Below are positions 1-10,995 of a stretch of DNA of 35,465 nucleotides, in pieces. Source of the DNA: Diploschistes diacapsis (taxonomy: Eukaryota); assembly GCA_023645945.1 (NCBI GenBank), contig JALAIB010000073.1, positions 1-35,465 of the forward strand, given 5' to 3'. A program made the translations under genes and the position numbers. Position 1 is the first letter of the stretch, and every line of letters begins with the position of its first letter. The notes below the pieces were generated by a model. It had not been told where the DNA came from and did no database searches. It saw only the letters and a program-made list of their open reading frames with translations.

Positions 1-86
1 CCCCATCTCTTCTCTCCTTCAGCTCGCTCTGGCCGGGACAAGGCAGCAGAATTTTCCCCGTCTCCTCGACTAAAACCGCAGCACAG

Positions 87-674
87 TACACCCTGCCGCG
101 CAACCCCCACCCCATGACCAAGCCCGGCCGCAAAACGTCCACGGCGCCCGGCTCCGAGCCCGCGGCGAGCATCTCCCTCAAGTCCCTGCGCAATCCGCCC
201 CTCGACCTGTCGCTCCCCGCGCAGCCGCTGAGCACGAGCATCCTCGACCTCAAGCGGCGCGTGGCGCAGGAGCTCGGGCTGCGCGGCGTGGACAAGGTGC
301 GCCTGCTGTACAGGAAGAAGCCGTGGCCGGACTCGAAGAGCGTGAAGGATGTGCTCGGCGACGATGCGCCCTCGGCCGGAGGGGTCGAGTTCAGCGTGAT
401 GGTTATGGGGGGCGCGCCGGCTGCAGGGACGCCGACGGCAGACGAGAAGAGGGCCGAGGCTCCGCCCGAGATGGCGAAGGAGGACGTGGAGATGGGCGAT
501 GCGCCGGTTGCGCCGGTTGCGCCGGGAGAGAAGAGTGGGCTGGAGGTACTGGGGGAGAACGAGTTCTGGGCCGATTTGAAGGGGTTCTTGGAGCTGAGGG
601 TCAAGGATTCGGCGGTTGCGGATAAAGCGGTCACGATATTTCAGGCAGCGTGGAATGAGAAGGGAGGAGAGTGA
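87..674 (+). CDS. Ubiquitin-like-domain protein, Get5/Mdy2-like; last exon only, 5' part lies upstream of the window
   Basis: Branch-like GACTAAA followed by a CAG acceptor at 84-86. The exon reads YTLPRNPHPM...PGSEPAASISLKSLRNP...SILDLKRRV...KVRLLYRKKP...FSVMVMGG (UBL fold) and ends with EFWADLKGFLELRVKD, resembling Pezizomycotina Get5-like proteins. Confidence 0.75.
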   Translation, partial: YTLPRNPHPMTKPGRKTSTAPGSEPAASISLKSLRNPPLDLSLPAQPLSTSILDLKRRVAQELGLRGVDKVRLLYRKKPWPDSKSVKDVLGDDAPSAGGVEFSVMVMGGAPAAGTPTADEKRAEAPPEMAKEDVEMGDAPVAPVAPGEKSGLEVLGENEFWADLKGFLELRVKDSAVADKAVTIFQAAWNEKGGE

Positions 675-981
675 CGAGGCGAGTCCCGTGCTGTGAAACT
701 GCTTGCATTTTTGGAGGATACCCGTTCATGTCATGAAGATAGCAAGCAGATTCGTATACGGATCACACAAGTCTTGGGAGCGGCAGGGAATCTGCATCTC
801 AGATTAAGAAACATGTTTTCGCAAGACTGGTCCGGGAGTCGCAATCGATGGCCACCCAAGCGCATACTACTTTGACAAATCTATATTACCCTCCGCATGC
901 CTGCTGCTCGCTACCAAGGAGTCAATTCGTTTGCGACAAGAGACTTGCACACATGGTGAAGATTGAATTCAACCAGCCTTC

Positions 982-1708
982 TCAGCGCTTGCCTCTACTG
1001 ACATCCTTGAGAATCGTCTCGAACTCGATCTCATCGTCGCGGTTGGCTTGTACTTCCGCCGCAAGGCCGTTTAGCGCATTTTTCAGTGCTTCTTTAGAAG
1101 AAGCGTAGGTCATTTTGGGCTTGGTTATATTAGCTTGATTGGACGCTTGATTAGGATGAGATCATGAGAATAACATACGAAGACAGCAGCATCATCCGGC
1201 GACCAAGCAATGAAAGTAATCTTGTTCCTGGTAAGGACGTTAGCCACGAAATATCTGAATATATAGTCGATCAGACCTCTTGCCCTCGCCGCTCGCAAGT
1301 TCATATTCGAAGTCATAGACGGCATATCTCGGACCCTTGCTCTCTTTCCCTCTATATGTCGACTTTGCGTTGACTAGTTTATCCCGGAAGACCTCATAGT
1401 CGGCGTCGCCAGATTTCTCTTCAACGACAATCTCCTTGTAGTCATCGGAGAGCTTGTAGATGATGTACTTGATTGTGCCTTTGCCCAACTTGAGCTCGTT
1501 GTAGGATGACACGCAGTCGGGTGTTACAGAAACACTAGGATCAGGGTTTCGTCAGTACAGGTCACGGCTATGATAGGTTCGCGCAATGGTCGAGCTCAAT
1601 GTTGTCCTAGAGTCCTCTCGTGCCAACGCCGGGACGTAACTGACCCTGATTTACTCTACAAACAATGTTAGAACATTGAAGTATTAGGAGGGAAGGATTG
1701 TTTACCAT
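982..1708 (-). CDS. cof1: Cofilin (actin-depolymerising factor), 5 exons
   Basis: Exons 1708-1706 (ATG), 1655-1645, 1534-1277, 1227-1179 and 1119-982 splice to MSKSGVSVTPDCVSSYNELKL...KYIIYKLSDD...GPRYAVYDFEY...RNKITFIAWSPDDA...PKMTYASSKEALKNALNG, the hallmark ADF-H sequence. Confidence 0.96.
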
Positions 1709-2631
1709 GGCGATAAGTTCGGTAACGTGAAGCTGGGATGATTGAGTTGGAAAGATGATGCTAACGGCAAGGCGTCGTCAGCTGGCGATAAATAGGAGCT
1801 GCAAAGGCTGCAGCCTGGGAGTAGGTGACGGCAAGGTAAACTGAGAGAGTCAATTTAGATACGTACAGCAACTAGAAATCCTCTCGCAGGATGACTAGGA
1901 CAACTCTGGTTCATAAAATCAGCAGACAATGTTAGAGGTTGACAGGTTGTTGTTGACGGTTTGCGGTTGTTATTTGATATTTGGTGGGGCTACAAGAAGT
2001 AAGGGCACCAGGGGCGGGGTTCTCCATACATAGCTGAGTGCTCCTCGGGGCTCTTCAATTGACTCGATCGAAAGAGCAACCACCAAACAACTTGTGTTTT
2101 CCAGATATGAAAAGCCATTTGCGGTAGCGCATGGGTGACTAGAGCTGTAGAGACTAAGGCTTTTGGTACATATATAGAAAGAAATATTCCCGAGATGGTA
2201 ATCCTACAGTAGTTTTCGCTTATTTGACATTTCTTGCCTATTTAGGGAGCGCCCCTGGCTTGAAGGTTTCTTCCCCCAAAGAGCGTTCTAATCTTGTGAT
2301 ACCACAGCAATACTCAAGTATCATCGCATGTATATGTAGTATATCGTCTTTCCCACGAGGGTTGAAACCTCTTTAGCACCTGTATTGTTTTTGGAGACCA
2401 AAAACAAACTGATCAGGCAATCCCTTTCACGTGTTCCGTAATAGAAAACCCACTAAGCCTGCTAGCGTCTCCGAAAATTACTCGCTTAGCCCTCGCGCAC
2501 GCACAATTTCCCTCATGATGTACCTTACTTCATCATCTCGACGTCTGATATCTTTACCTACTGCCACCAGAGCAACTCTTTGAGGATCATCCGACATTTA
2601 GGCCCCTGAAATTCAAAAGAAATCAGCTAAG
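1709..2631. promoter_or_regulatory. Divergent intergenic region (candidate bidirectional promoter) between cof1 and rps12
   Basis: Head-to-head start codons at 1708 (-) and 2632 (+); no long ORF in between. Confidence 0.5.
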
Positions 2632-3296
2632 ATGGTACAGCACTTTGCTTACTCCCCAGGTTAAGTATGCTAAGAGACTATATTCTAGTCGGACGGAGAA
2701 GAGCCCACCTCCCCCGTTGCGGCGGCCGACGAGGTCGAAGTCACCGCCGACAGCACCCCCCCCAAGGGCCAGATGAGCGTCATCGAGGCGCTCAAGGGTG
2801 TTCTCAAGCTCGCGTTGATCCACGACGGTCTGGCCCGCGGCTTGCGTGAGGCTAGCAAGGCGCTCGACAGGCGCCAGGCGCACATGTGTGTGTTGAACGA
2901 AAACTGCGAGGAAGAGGCGTACAAGAAGCTGGTGGTGGCGCTGTGCTCCGAGCACAAGATCCCGCTGATAAAGGTGCCGGATGGGAAGCAGTTGGGAGAG
3001 TGGGCGGGGCTTTGTGAGTGGTGCCCTTCCTCGGTGTGATATATGTACTGCTAGGAGTGTTGTACCTGGGGACTATTTCGTGCAGTTATAGGCTTTTCAT
3101 GGCCGCTGAAGCTTTCCCACTGCACAATAGCCGTTACTTTTCCAACGGCAAGCTAATTTTCTTTGAACCAGGCACTCTCGACCGCGAAGGGAACGCTCGC
3201 AAAGTCGTCAACTGCTCCTGCGTCGTCGTCCGTGACTGGGGCGAGGAATCGCAAGAGCGATCCATCCTGCTCGACTATTTCCAGACCGAACAATAG
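2632..3296 (+). CDS. rps12: 40S ribosomal protein S12 (eS12), 3 exons
   Basis: Exons 2632-2634 (ATG), 2689-3013 and 3172-3296. Protein contains [36 protein letters not shown]...[34 protein letters not shown]. Confidence 0.97.
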
Positions 3297-3860
3297 ACGC
3301 ACTTTGCTTATTCGATAACTGTGCATAAACTCGGTCGCCTTTTCATCTTTATCAACCATTAGGATCCAAGATCGCATGCTGTGACACTGGGAGAATAGAG
3401 GAATATTTGCACCCATGATGACAGATAGCTGCTCCACTTTCCGGTTGAAGGGCGGCAGCGATGATCGAAAATGAGTAAGATGTGTACTCTAGACAAAAAT
3501 GGATCGTGAGATAGAAGCCGCTTAGCTTCGACCATATACATGGTGTGGTCTTGACCGTTCGGAGAATGCAACTACTTGATGCACAACTTCTGTACAAAAC
3601 TTGACCCAAGCATGAAGTATGTGATATGACTAGCTATGATCGTGAACTCAAGCCATGTACAGCCGTGTAGGGGAAAGGTGATGACTGAATGCTAACGTCA
3701 CGCGCTCAATATCCTGGATGCTATACTGCCAACAATGCCCTGACTGCCAGTTCAGCCGGCGCCAACGCTCAAAAGACCGAAAGATGCCCGCTTGCTAATT
3801 CCCCAACAGCTTCCTCAACACTCGGCTGCTCCTGTTATAAACATTCGAAATGCAGGTAGC

Positions 3861-5761
3861 CTATGCAAAACTGTAGGACGGAAATTCTCTCTTCTCCGGC
3901 ATGAGCGAGAGATGTTGGTACGGACTCGAGAGCGGGTCATAGTAAAGACCCTCGATGCGCCCGTCCTCGCGCCTCATCGAGACATAGTAGAAGCCCGAGA
4001 TGGTGAGGCCGGATTGGGCGTCGGAAGGCGTGACGAAACATTTCTCTGGGAAGCAGATCAGCCTTGGAAAAAAAAAAACTCTCTTGTGTTAAACTACTGC
4101 CGAAACATCATCGCATACCTTTCCATCTCATCAGAAACCACTTCTGACACAGCTCCTCGCATAGCCATTTCTGACTCACGAGGTTGCTGACAACTTCGCT
4201 ATCGCTCAGGCTCTTGAAGGGTTCAAGCTTCCGCCAGTAGGTGCTATCCACCTCGGAACCTGCGTTGAAGCTCTTGGTTTCGAGCGTGTACTGATTGAAA
4301 TCGATGATCTCACCCTCCAGATAGGTCGTAATGCTGGATTCATGTACCGGTGCGGTCTTGTTCGGAACATTGAAAGCTTCCATCGTCCCCGTCATGGTCA
4401 TGGTGTCATAGTCTATGCTATTGACCGTGACCTTCACCGGCCAGCTATCGTCGCTCTTCTCGGCGGATGTTCTTGATATCACGTTGCTGATCCAGGAGCT
4501 GCGTAGCGGATACAGAGAAGAAGAAGGGTTGGAGATTAGGCCAGGCGATACTGTCACAGTCGAAGAGGAAGCGGCGTTCCGCCTAGAAGACGTCATGTGG
4601 AAGGACGGCACCGGCGATGTGCCCGACGCATGCTGAGACCCAGCGAAAACTCCACCAGGCCTTAGCCACGATGTGCGACCAGGGCGTGAGATGATTTTGG
4701 TATCCAGTATGAAATCGTCGCGATTGAGCGTGAAGAAGTCTTCGCGCAAGAACCCACCGGCAGCTGCTGACGAGATCCGATCGGAATGGGAGTCGCAAGA
4801 GCGAAGGCGTTCCAAGTATTTGATCGCTTCTTCCAGCCACTTCGCCGCTTCTGATTCAGGAGAACGTTCTTCGGTCCGTTGAGAACGATTTGGGTTTGAT
4901 GTGGTGGTCTGCCTCGAACGCTGATGCGCTTGCTCCTGCATAAGCATACGATGTAACTGATTGTATGCTCCTCGCTGTCTCTCTGGATCCCGAGACTGCA
5001 TCTCCTGCTCGAGGTTGAATCTCGCCTGCCGTCGTACGGATTGGAGCAGCGCCGCTGTCCGAAGCGAGTTTGAACTGGTGAAAATACCTCCAGATGTCAA
5101 GTTCCCACTTTCTGCCTCATCAGCGGTTTGCCAACCCATGCCTTCATCGTATTCGCTATACCGACTATTGTTCTGCGATGTCCTCCCTATCTCCTGCTCT
5201 CTGCGATGTCTCCGCGTCGCAGTGTCCCTCAGCTGCTCGCGTACGTATCTTAGCTCGCTCGCCGTTACAGCTGCTCTCTGCACATCATTCTCTGTGGTTC
5301 CCGGTGCCCAGCCTTGGTAGCTGTTATGATCCCTCAAGTTCCGAATATGTTGGCGAAGAAATTCTCTTTGATCTGCCAACCCGTGTGATCTGCTCGCTCC
5401 TCCTCTGCTCGGAGAGACGTCGTTCTGATGCGCCGACATCCTTTCTCTTGAGAGCCTCAGTTCTTCGTCGACCTCAAGGAACAAAGCCCTCGATAAATTG
5501 TTTAGGCTCTCAGTACTTTCCCGCAGCAGCCTAAGCGCCTCTTGCCCTCTGGTCGCAAACGAGTTTTGTTCTCGATACTCTTGCGCCTCCAGAGTATTGC
5601 TGTTACTCGGTGTTGTTGACGACGACGCAAGGCCAGCCACGGACGATGCCAGTTGTGCAAGAGGGTCACCAGAGTCTAGATTACTCTGCGGAACCGTAAA
5701 CAAAGGCCGTGTGGATCTCGCCACCGATTAGTCTTACCAGAGGTGTATTGGCGGGAGGCAT
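3861..5761 (-). CDS. Vid24/Gid4-family (GID/CTLH E3 ligase substrate receptor-like) protein with long N-terminal extension
   Basis: Probable exons 5761-5738, ~5685-4119 and 4045-3861. C-terminal domain reads WPVKVTVNSIDY...GTMEAFNVP...TYLEGEIIDF...YWRKLEPF...FLMRWKEKCFV...GLTISGFYYVSMRREDGRIEGLYYDP. The first exon is less certain. Confidence 0.85.
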
Positions 5762-6264
5762 CTCTTCGCTTCCAACTCAGGGCTACTCAAGGCACAATTT
5801 TTGCCAGGAAGGTGAAAAAGCAACCGGTGAGGTCTGGGCGCTTCTGTCCCGGCAGTCAACTTGAACCTAAACTATACAACGTTGGATGTCCATTGTATGG
5901 AGTAGAAAGGGTCCTCGCTTGCTCCTTTTGGCCGATGCCTTAAATGGCTTTAGCGCGACATTTCATGCGAGTTGTACTACATTTTGCTAAACGACCTCTG
6001 CAAATTGTAAAGACTTGAGAAAAGACAATGTTCCAAGGTACTGGCACGGCATGTCTTTTGTCTGATAACACAGAGACCCGAACTGCAACTGTGCATCACC
6101 ACAGGGGGGAGCTTTGACGCTCGAGTTCCCTGCTTCCTGAGCACTAGAACTTTACGGAGGTAGATTATAAGATATCACGGTCGTTCTGTTTGGTGGGTTT
6201 AGATTTCATGGTAGAAGCACCTGTTCGTGCAGTAGGCTCAAAAACGCGACGGACCCAATACCTG

Positions 6265-6824
6265 TCATTTCCTTCCCTCAACCATGATGATATGGTAGCC
6301 ATGGCCAGTCTTCACCTCCGCGATCTTGGGACTGTTCGTTGAGCTCGGTTCCTATCGCGGACGAAAGTCAGTACGAAATCTGATGAGAGAAGGTTCAGAT
6401 ATACCAGTTCGTAAGCTACCTTCTCGAACTCCCCGTGCAAGCTGCCGCGAACCTTCCAGCCCAGGCTGCCTCCTGAATCCAAGTCGGTCAAGATGCCGAA
6501 AAATTTAACGGCTCAGTTCTGGGAAAGAACTTACCTTGTCTTGCCTTGTCCTCGGACATCTCGCGAGCCACATCATCGAACTTGGCTCCCTCGCGGAGTT
6601 TGGTAAGGGCCTCTTCCTTTCTTGAATGTTTTTCGCACTGTGTCGGAGAACTGAGCATGGGCTTGCACTTTTCAGGATGCAAGAAGAAGACTGACCAGGA
6701 TATGCCGCACGTTGATCGAATTGGCGGCTTTCAGTTTGCTATCTCCTCCCTTCTTACCAGACGAACCATCTTCTCCACCCTCTTTCGCCTTGTCCTTTCC
6801 TTTATCCTTCTTCTTGCCCGCCAT
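6265..6824 (-). CDS. pin4: Parvulin-type peptidyl-prolyl cis-trans isomerase (Par14/Pin4), 4 exons, 128 aa
   Basis: Exons 6824-6696, 6637-6535, 6472-6405 and 6351-6265. Lys-rich N-terminus, then INVRHILCEKHSRKEEAL...FDDVAREMSEDKARQGGSLGW...VKTGHGYHIIMVEGRK. Confidence 0.94.
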
Positions 6825-7796
6825 TCCCACTCTGACCGCGGCTATAGTGGCTGGCCTATTGTACGTGCGAGCTACAAAGTGTAGATCAAGTCCCGCCGGG
6901 CGGGGTGGTCATGTCCGCGGGGCTCAGGAGAGACCTCACTCACCCATGCAACCAAAACCGTCTTATGGAATTACCACGACTTCTGAGAAGTTAGGGATAT
7001 CTGGAAACGTTTTTAAATTCCCCCAATTCCTGGTCAGCAAATGCGCGGTTGTCATTCCATCATGCTTACGATGGGTGATTTGCAAACCAACTTCGTGCTT
7101 AGGAAAAAATCGGGGGGAGAGAAACAGTTGACAAAATTTACTTGTGCTCTACATCATCCAAACCCGCAACCTTTTCACCACTCATTGTCTCCCCTGGCCT
7201 ACAATCCGTGTGTGTGTGTGCAATCTCCTTTCTGCCCGGGCGGACTTCTGAGCTTTGGTCCCAAAAAACGGCTATGATGGCTATCGCCACTGCCGCTTCT
7301 ACCTTCGTTAGAGGCTGGTCGGCCTTTCAACAGGTTCTCTACCTGCTTCTTCTCACGGAACGCGGTGGGGAAAGCGAATTGGATCGAGTTGTAAGGAGCA
7401 AAGTTGTAAAATCGCCAGCAGACCTACGAAATACTGTAGCCGCATCTTCTTGCGGTTAAAAAAGACGGCCAGAAAATCGCTGCATTGAATAGACAACTAC
7501 TAGTAGGACATGTAGGAACTCGCTGTGCGTTCAAAGCTTTTGAAAATCCCCATCCTTCTCCAGCTTGTGCCACAAGCAAGCAAGTAGGGCACGAGTGACC
7601 ATTACTTCGTAAGACTTGACAGTAAAACCAAAGAGTATCCATAAAGTCCAAGCTATGGATAACGACGCCTCACTCCTCACTCCGCGCTATCCCGTTCACT
7701 GTCGGCGTCCATGTTCAAAAGTGCATTCACAAACCCAGCCACCGTAACTTCGCGCCAGCAGAACCACCCGTTTAATGTTCCGAGCCAGTCCCATGC

Positions 7797-9591
7797 CTAC
7801 TTCGAAAGGGCAGAGAGCTCAGGATAGGAGATTTCCTGCTTGACATCTTCCATCTCGGAGTCGCCACTCCTCGCCTCTTCTGCCTCAGCACCATCCTCGT
7901 ACTGTCCATTGCTTAGCATCCCCTGGACCAGCTGCAATAGGTTCTCAAGGATACGGACATCACGTAGCCAGCTGGGTTCTTCTGCGGAAGGGGCTTCGGT
8001 GCCTGGAGTGGCAGTGTGCTCAGAGCTACCCGAGGAGCTACCGAAGACCGAGCCTGTAAGGGCGGGGTCGATGTTGACGTCGCGCTCTGCACGCTCGCGC
8101 TTGACTCGACTTGAGCGCTTTTTAGTCGGCTTTGTTGTTGGGGAAACACTCTCGGGACCTGGTGCAGCACGGGTGAGGCGGCCGCCAGTGTGACGAAGCT
8201 GGGCGTTGGGGTTGTATTGGTGGCCGAGAGTAGGGACGGAGGCACCTTGACCCGATGCCAGAATGGCGGCACCTTGAAGATGCGGGTAAGAAGCTACGCC
8301 GGAGGGAATAGCAGCCATGGAAGAGTGATCCGAAGATGGAGATTGGCCAGGCGAATAGGACATGGCGGATGAGCCTGGCGTTAGAACTGGTGTTTGCTCG
8401 CTGGTCGCGGCCCCATGCTGGTATGTTGACTGAAGATGTGGCGTGGAATAGTTGATATGTTGGGCGGCAGCCGCGACGGAGCCCCGCTCTTCGGTCTCGA
8501 CGGCGTTCATCATCGTTTGGAGACGTTCTTTGATGATGAGCAGATCGTCCTTTCGACGGACGTTCGAAAGCTGATGAACCGGTTGCGCATAGTCTAATTG
8601 TGGTGCGCCATAGTCGACGCCGTGTGTTGCAATAGGAGGTGGGAGGGTGACGCCGTGCATCTGCACTAGAGCCGGGCCAAACTCAGCGTAGCTGGTTGCG
8701 TCGAAACTCTGCTGCTTGATAGCCCCAAGGAGATTGTCAAGGGCCTGAACGCCATTCTCGTGGCGGGCGTACGATGCTTGGGTACCGTTGCCTCCATTGC
8801 CGGAGTAGTAGACACTGCCAGCGTACTGTCCTCCCATGGTGTGAGGGGGTTGAGTGTAGTATGCTCCAGGTGGAGCCTGATATCCCCCAAAATTCATACC
8901 CACACCTCCCTGCATATGAGTGTAGAAAGCACCAGCTGAATAGTTTTAGCAAGGGGGGGGGATTTGGATCGCTGGGGGTTGATACTGACGTCCTGGTGTT
9001 GCACCTCCCATACCACCATAGCCGTTGTGGCCGGGATGGCCCCCTGGATGTCCATTTGGACCCTGTCCGTTGGAGGTTTGGTTTGGAGATCCGGAATCTT
9101 CGGCGTGGGTCTTGTGATGTTTCTTCAAATCTTGCGGCCGCTTGAAAGCCTTGTTGCAGATCGGACATCTATGAGGCTTGTGTGGGACGTGGACGCGGAC
9201 ATGCGATGTGATGTGATCCCGCTTCACGGTTTTCGTCTTGCAGTTTGCCCAGTGACACTCGAGGTTGAGGTTGTTGGTCGATTTGCGGCCAATGTGACGA
9301 TCACATATGTGTTCCTGATTTCAGAGCCAGGTCAGTTATTCAGGTCTTGGCTTTCAACCCAAGCTCTGCCAAGAATATGCTCACGTAGAGAGTTTCTGGC
9401 CCGTTGAAGCGTTCACCACATCCTTCCCACTGACAACGATGAAAATCCGATGTTACGGGAATTCCGCTGGCAGTCTGTGCACCAGCGGTTGGTTGTGTGG
9501 TCTGCTGCTGGGGAGAGTCGGCCTGTGCAGCTGTTGCTGCAGCTGCAGCGGCAGCGAGATGGCTGGAGGCAGTATTATTATCGCTGGACAT
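7797..9591 (-). CDS. pacC: pH-response C2H2 transcription factor PacC/Rim101, 3 exons, ~556 aa
   Basis: Exons 9591-9385, 9314-8990 and 8935-7797. Three zinc fingers (CQWEGC...[24 protein letters not shown]...[12 protein letters not shown]...[16 protein letters not shown]), a signalling-protease-box-like HTGGRLTRA, and YPHL and C-terminal YPEL PalA-binding-type motifs. Confidence 0.97.
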
Positions 9592-10359
9592 GGTGCCAAG
9601 CCTTGACAGCCAAGAGATTTTCTTAGCGTTGTTAGCTTGATGCCAAGGCAAAGACTTTGGAGAAATATCAAAGCCGAATTCAAAGAGGAGGAGAGCACGT
9701 CCAAATATGCGCAAAATGGCAGGTGTTTGTGATGCGGAAAATATGAGAAATACAGAAGGTTAAGAGGAAGAGTCGGAAGGAGGGAGACTACAAATACATA
9801 AATTTCGGCAGAAGTGTGTAATATATTTCGTGAGTCGTGCTGGGTCTGCAGCGTTTGGTGTGCTTTCTTGCCCTGTTGCTACTAGAGAGGTACTCGGTAA
9901 CATTGAACCAGGCACTGCACTACTACGCAGAACAGACCATGAATTATTCGAAGGACGCGTTTCTCGCCTGAGTTGCACTGCCCCGCCTGCCTGCCTGCTT
10001 GTCTGTCTCTTGTTCTGCAATAAACTAAACCGTTCACTTTTGCTGCTCTTGGTGGGAACCCATGCTGACCATGACTGGCTGCACATAATTCTCCTTTGGC
10101 CAATGCCAAGACATCTAAAGCTCTTGGCAATTGTTTCAAACACACCCCCCGTGCTGTCCAGCATACACCCGCATTACTGTTTGGGGACAAGTACTGCGGT
10201 GTCAATATCAATAGGGCAGTCATCTGTAAGCTTTCAGGTCACGGGTAGACCTCGAGCCGGTCGGTGCCAAGACGCCAAGATGCCATGCAAATTGTCATTG
10301 CTTTGCCCAGCTTTTTGCTTTTCCCAACTCGTCGGAATTTCTTGGCAACTCATGCCAAG
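9326..10359. promoter_or_regulatory. Cluster of PacC consensus binding sites (GCCARG) in the pacC intron 1, leader and promoter
   Basis: GCCARG or its complement CTTGGC at 9326, 9346, 9368, 9595, 9609, 9642, 10105, 10123, 10266, 10274, 10341 and 10354. Confidence 0.8.
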
Positions 10360-10995
10360 CTACTGCGAGGAGTCGCCCAGATTTTGCCCAGCATGCCGAT
10401 CTCAGAGCAGAGTTCAAAGTTCGTAATAAGATGATAAATAGGACGTGACGTTCAGCCCCAGCAGTAGAAGGTTTTTGTGTAGCGCAATGCTTCCTGTACT
10501 ACTACGTAGGCGGGTCGCGGCTATTTCCTTATGTATCACGAGCCTCAAACTGCTTGCCCCTCGCAAATTAGCTCACATAATACGATCGTACCCCAAGGCT
10601 GAACTCGAGATACAAAACCTCACCTTCTTAATGCTGTGACGATCGAGTGTGACACCTGACAGACGGTTTTCATGACACTGACGACGTCTAACGAAGCGCT
10701 CTCCGAGGGGTTCGAAGCTGTCGCAAACGCTTGTTCGGCCTGCTGATCCATGGAAAATTGCCTCATGGGGGTCCCATGGCGTGTGTGTACATCAGACTTG
10801 CACAATACGCAATGCTGTCTGAGATCTGTTTGGTGAATCGAGCCGCTCGGAATAGGTACCCTTCGACAAAGACCTCGAGCTCGGATGCGTACAATGTTGC
10901 ATATACCGATAGATACCATACTGCAGAACAAAGGAGGGCTGTTTACTCTACCCTCCAATCCTCGTATACCTTCCTACCAACGATCTTTTCTCCTT

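Noticed and set aside
2356..2373. GAGGGTTGAAACCTCT, resembling a tRNA T-arm
   Set aside because: No cloverleaf can be built around it.
2511..2586. Possible C/D snoRNA upstream of rps12 (ATGATGT...CTGA/TTGA with CCTCA/TGAGG ends)
   Set aside because: Both boxes are imperfect, no recognisable rRNA guide, and the region is probably core promoter or 5' UTR.
9760..10426. ORFs of 113-198 aa upstream of pacC
   Set aside because: Non-ATG starts, no protein-like features, and overlap with the PacC-site-rich promoter.
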